Under the pieces are notes generated by a model. It made no database searches and was not told where the DNA came from. It saw only the letters and a list, made by a program, of their open reading frames with translations. This document shows, in pieces, positions 60,183-64,000 of a stretch of 64,000 nucleotides of DNA. The position numbers and the translations under genes are program-made. Numbering within the stretch: position 1 is the first letter of the stretch; every line of letters begins with the position of its first letter. This DNA is from Lytechinus pictus (lineage: Eukaryota), in assembly GCF_037042905.1 (NCBI RefSeq), contig NC_087245.1, positions 36,582,001-36,646,000 of the forward strand, in the 5' to 3' direction.

Positions 60183-63113
60183 CTAATTCAGGAAAATAGA
60201 GGATAAGGAAGAATGACAACGATAAACACATTATTTCAAGTACAGCTTTAAGACATACATATTGACAATATTGCTCTGAACTTTCCATCCATTACCCTTA
60301 ACTACATGTATCTCACTTTCCCTAGCCTGACAACGCCTAAAGCAGTTAGTGAAAGAGCTCTTCTATAAGCCGATCCAAAAAGATGCAGCAATATTACACA
60401 TATGTCCAGTGCTTTTTAATTAAAGTCTCATGGGCGCAAACTATCACCCCCCCCCCATGAAAGCTCAAGACTTGTCTTCAGGCAGCCAGGCACAGACAAT
60501 AACTGACCCTTTATTCCACAAATTGGACAAAATTGCAGCTAGGAATGTCTGAACCAGGTCCAATACACATTGATCCCCAGTAATTCTGAAAATTCAATTT
60601 AGGCACCATCTTTCTTTCCTTTACGAGCTAGACAGAGTGCATTTAAAGAAACCATCAACCAAAACTTTAGGAGTATACCTGTATGTGTGCGTCTATGTCT
60701 CTGGAGCTCATCGGAACGTGTGAAACGCTTTCCACAGAAGAGCCAATCACAGACAAACGGCCTCTCACCGGTATGCCATCGTAAGTGTGCCCTTAGATGC
60801 GATGTCTTGCCATAGACCTTACCGCATTCAGGGATGTGACAGATATGCTGCTTTTTACCCTTTTCAGAATTCCTATCAACAAAAACATACAAAAAAAGAT
60901 GCAAAATATCAAGTATAAGGGGATAGAGGGCCAATTTAGAATAGGAACTACTGTATGCTCCAGTCAGGCGTGGTGGACAAGCCTCCAGACTTTGAACCAC
61001 AAGGTTCGCGGTTCAAATCACACGGCAGCACTTGCGTCCTTTGACGAGCCATTTACATGTATCTACATTTGCTACTTCCCACTTAGGCTTTATATTAAAG
61101 GTATTTGCTAACATTGATTTGACTTTTTAAAAATCTGAGCTGCGAGGTTCCACTTGTCACCTGCACCTGTGATATGTTACAAAAATGAAGCCCAGAAAAA
61201 ATCACGTCCGAAAATCATTATTAAGTGCTTCAAAAAAGTGAAAGATAAAGTGACCGGAAATACCATCTTAATTTCATCCATACACTTATGTGTTCTATTA
61301 TTATCGGCACGATAGAAATTACACAAAACCATCAATTATAACGTATATCGAAAGGATTTCTTTCGATTTTTTTGTTGTTTTAGAGTTTTTAGGTTGACAG
61401 AAAGGCATTCATGTACATATTTCATCTCTCCTTTGATATTTTTTAAATTACATGTCTACATCGTTAGCATATGCCTTTAATGGGAACCCAGTAGAAAGGA
61501 ATTCCTAAGTTAAACACTCAAGCATCTGATGAAGGTAGCTGTGCTAAAGCCATGATAACATAAGTAAAATGCACTTCCTGAATATAAATGTGTATATTAT
61601 TGTCATCCATGAGGAGAATGCCACGTTTCAAATTTTTCAGAGGAAAATAGTAAGAAGATACAAAAGTGACATCAATACTGAACTATATTGAGCTCAGACT
61701 CTGGGCAATTACTGAAAAATAATGCAAACCTCAAAACGCTGACATTTTAAATATGGCAATCAATGTTGATTTGTGGGCTTGCTTTATTCTACTCTTATAA
61801 CATAATCTAACTTGGTCTCTCTCATCTTGGGGCAACTACATGTACTCCTTTCATTTATTAAAGCATGACATTGTTATTCAAAGCTGAACAAGTAGGTACT
61901 GTATAAGCTAACAGTACAAATGAGTGATACATGAGCACTCATAAAATTACTTTGCCATATTTGTGCTGTGAGGAACTATTAAACATAGGTAAAGAGCTTT
62001 GGTAATTGACCACCTCTGATTAAGAACAGGCACAATAAAAGATAAGACATATGAAAAAGAAAAAAATGAAAATCCATTATTTACTGTTCGAAATAGAAAT
62101 CTAAAACAGAAATAATCCGAAAATTTGTTTAGCCCAATTGATCATGGGCCCAGCAGCCACTGTGCAGCGCCAAATCGACGCAGGTCTATCCCTTGAATCG
62201 TAGAGCGCCAAACAGGGTAGCAGTAACTCCCATCTTTTAACATATTTTGATCTGACGCCACCGTGGTATGAACTCCCGACCTCCCGGTTGTGAGGCGGAT
62301 GCTCTACCAACTGAGAAAACACATCGGTAACTGAGCCAACACACCAAGTCATTAATTTTTACAAATAGTGTAATTGATTCAAATTAGGCCTGATTCATCA
62401 AATTTAGTGATCTACAGTAGTCTCTGCATTCATAATCAGCCTACCTTCAGTCCAACAATTGCCTAATCTCAAAGCATTGCCTCAGACCAGGGCCCTGTAA
62501 CACAAAGGTTAGCAATTAATTGCTTAACGAAATGGCCTATCAAGATTATCGTTGCCTGCGCAGTTTGCTCAGTAGACCGACTCGGAACCAATCAGAATCG
62601 TTCTTTCAAATTAGCAATTGTTAACCTTTGTGTTATGGGGCCAAGAAAATGCAAAACATTTCTTGAATTTCACCCAAGTCAAACAGATTTCTATGGTCTC
62701 AAGAGATGACTTGACATAGTTTTAAAACTTGCTGAAAATTCCCTTATCATGTTCTAACATCCATGAAATGGCTCGCTGCTAACAGATTCTACGGACTACA
62801 TACCTTCCTTCACCATCCTTGCAGTTTGGGCAGGTACAGGCCAATCGCCTGACCTTCTTTGGGGGATCTTTGGGCATTGGGACTGGGTTCTGCTCTGCAA
62901 TCTGAAGCTCGTAACTGGCCATGGTAGGTGGGTAGTTGGTACCGTTGGTGGAGATGGTCGTCACCGTGCCTTGGGCACCCGATGCGTCTGTCTGGATCAC
63001 CCCCTGCCATTGAGGCTGCTGTTGTGGCTTCTCCGCCTTGATAACCAATGCCTGGCTCATCTGTTGCTGCTGCTGCTGTTGTTGTTGTTGTTGGGTCATC
63101 TGTTGCTGGGTTA
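59914..63113 (-). CDS. Sp1-4: Sp1-4 clade C2H2 zinc-finger transcription factor, last three coding exons; gene continues beyond the window end
   Basis: Exons 63113-62804, 60872-60679 and 60182-59914 splice in frame. Poly-Q, buttonhead box ([16 protein letters not shown]) and three Sp fingers ([46 protein letters not shown]). HRRTH and the split finger region favour Sp1-4 over Sp5 or Sp6-9. Confidence 0.93.
60679..60872 (-). CDS. Sp1-4: Sp exon: zinc fingers 1 and 2
   Basis: ttgatag| acceptor, 194 nt, CAG|GTATAC donor, phase 2 to 1. Confidence 0.95.
60955..61100 (+). mobile_element. Degenerate tRNA-derived SINE in an Sp intron
   Basis: gactttgaaccacaaggttcgcggttcaaatc head, similar to the 6080 family. 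Confidence 0.5.
62100..62335 (-). mobile_element. tRNA-derived SINE in an Sp intron
   Basis: Minus strand CTCAGTTGGTAGAGCATCCGCC...GGGAGTTCATACC head plus non-tRNA body. Confidence 0.7.
62488..62643. mobile_element. Short MITE
   Basis: ggccctgtaacacaaaggttagcaatt / aattgttaacctttgtgttatggggcc inverted ends. Confidence 0.7.
62804..63113 (-). CDS. Sp1-4: Sp exon: poly-Q and buttonhead box
   Basis: C-rich pyrimidine tract + taccag| acceptor (nearby CAGs would start the exon at 63105 or 63099); donor AAG|GTATGT, phase 2. Confidence 0.88.
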
Positions 63114-64000
63114 CTGGTAGATAAGGGGGGGGGGAGAAGAGGCCAATAGAGGAGGGTCATTCCCACATACAAAGTATTTACGCTTACATACACATTCAGC
63201 TAACATTTAAATAATCCATATCAATGATAGTATGAACAGTATACACAAAAAATATTCTCTTTTTCAATAAAGTACCAGTAGGTCTATGCAAAATGTTCAA
63301 GAATGTATATGTGTACAGAAGCAAGGGACCAAAGCAACCAACCTGATTATAAGGCATTTGTATTTTACCTATTTCTGGTGCACACTTCAGGTACATTTTT
63401 AATTTTTTTTAATTTGTTTTAAAATGGATTTGAAAATCAAGTCAAAGAAGTTCCATTAAGGGGAAATTTCCAAAGGGGTAAATTTAATACCTTAAAGTGA
63501 AGAGTAGAAAAGCTCAATGATTAAGAGTCTGTATGCATTTATGTACTCCCATAAAATATGGAACTTTGACAGTTAGACAAATTTAGATTTTAGGGTATAA
63601 AAAGATCCCAGAGTAGGGCACACAGACAGGATAAAAACAGAATGAACAAAGGTCAGTATTTTCTTTATCTACCTGTAAGTAGGCCTATCTACTGGTACAT
63701 GCACACTGTACGTATTTGTAATGTAATATTGCTATATGTATTGTAACATTATCATACATGTATGCATGTATCAATTGGTGTCAAGCACAACAACCCAACA
63801 TAGAAAATAAGAGATACTGTACGTATGTAAGCTCTTTTCAGAAAATCTATTTTTCCAAATGAATAAGTCTAAATGACATTTTCGGTTTTCACCAACTTTT
63901 ACACTCCATAATGTCTTGCCCAAAATATGAAATCTGTAGAAACTACACATGTACATAATTCAGGTCAAAGTACAATGTAGTTTCAAGTCGGTCTTTCTTT

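Overview
AT-rich, repeat-dense animal genomic DNA. The SINE/MITE families and gene content suggest a sea urchin, but that is inference only. Three protein-coding loci are supportable. (1) The 3' part of a spliced MYRIP/melanophilin-like Rab27-effector gene on + (7 phase-compatible exons, 373-8695, with candidate alternative terminal exons up to 10892). (2) A class A orphan GPCR with an uninterrupted CDS on - (27945-26491). (3) The last three coding exons of an Sp1-4-clade zinc-finger gene on - (63113-59914). The rest is tRNA-derived SINEs, non-autonomous DNA transposons (Kolobok-like, Tc1/mariner-like, hAT-like, Harbinger-like, Helentron-like), a decayed CR1/L2-group LINE and micro/minisatellites. 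The most notable observations are: a triplicated Sp C-terminal coding segment whose distal copy keeps an open frame behind an acceptor-like CAG; two Penelope-type minimal hammerhead ribozyme motifs, one a 54-bp insert with a 13-bp target-site duplication; and a locally templated insertion at a duplication junction. All alignments were done by eye and family assignments are from recalled motifs, not database searches.
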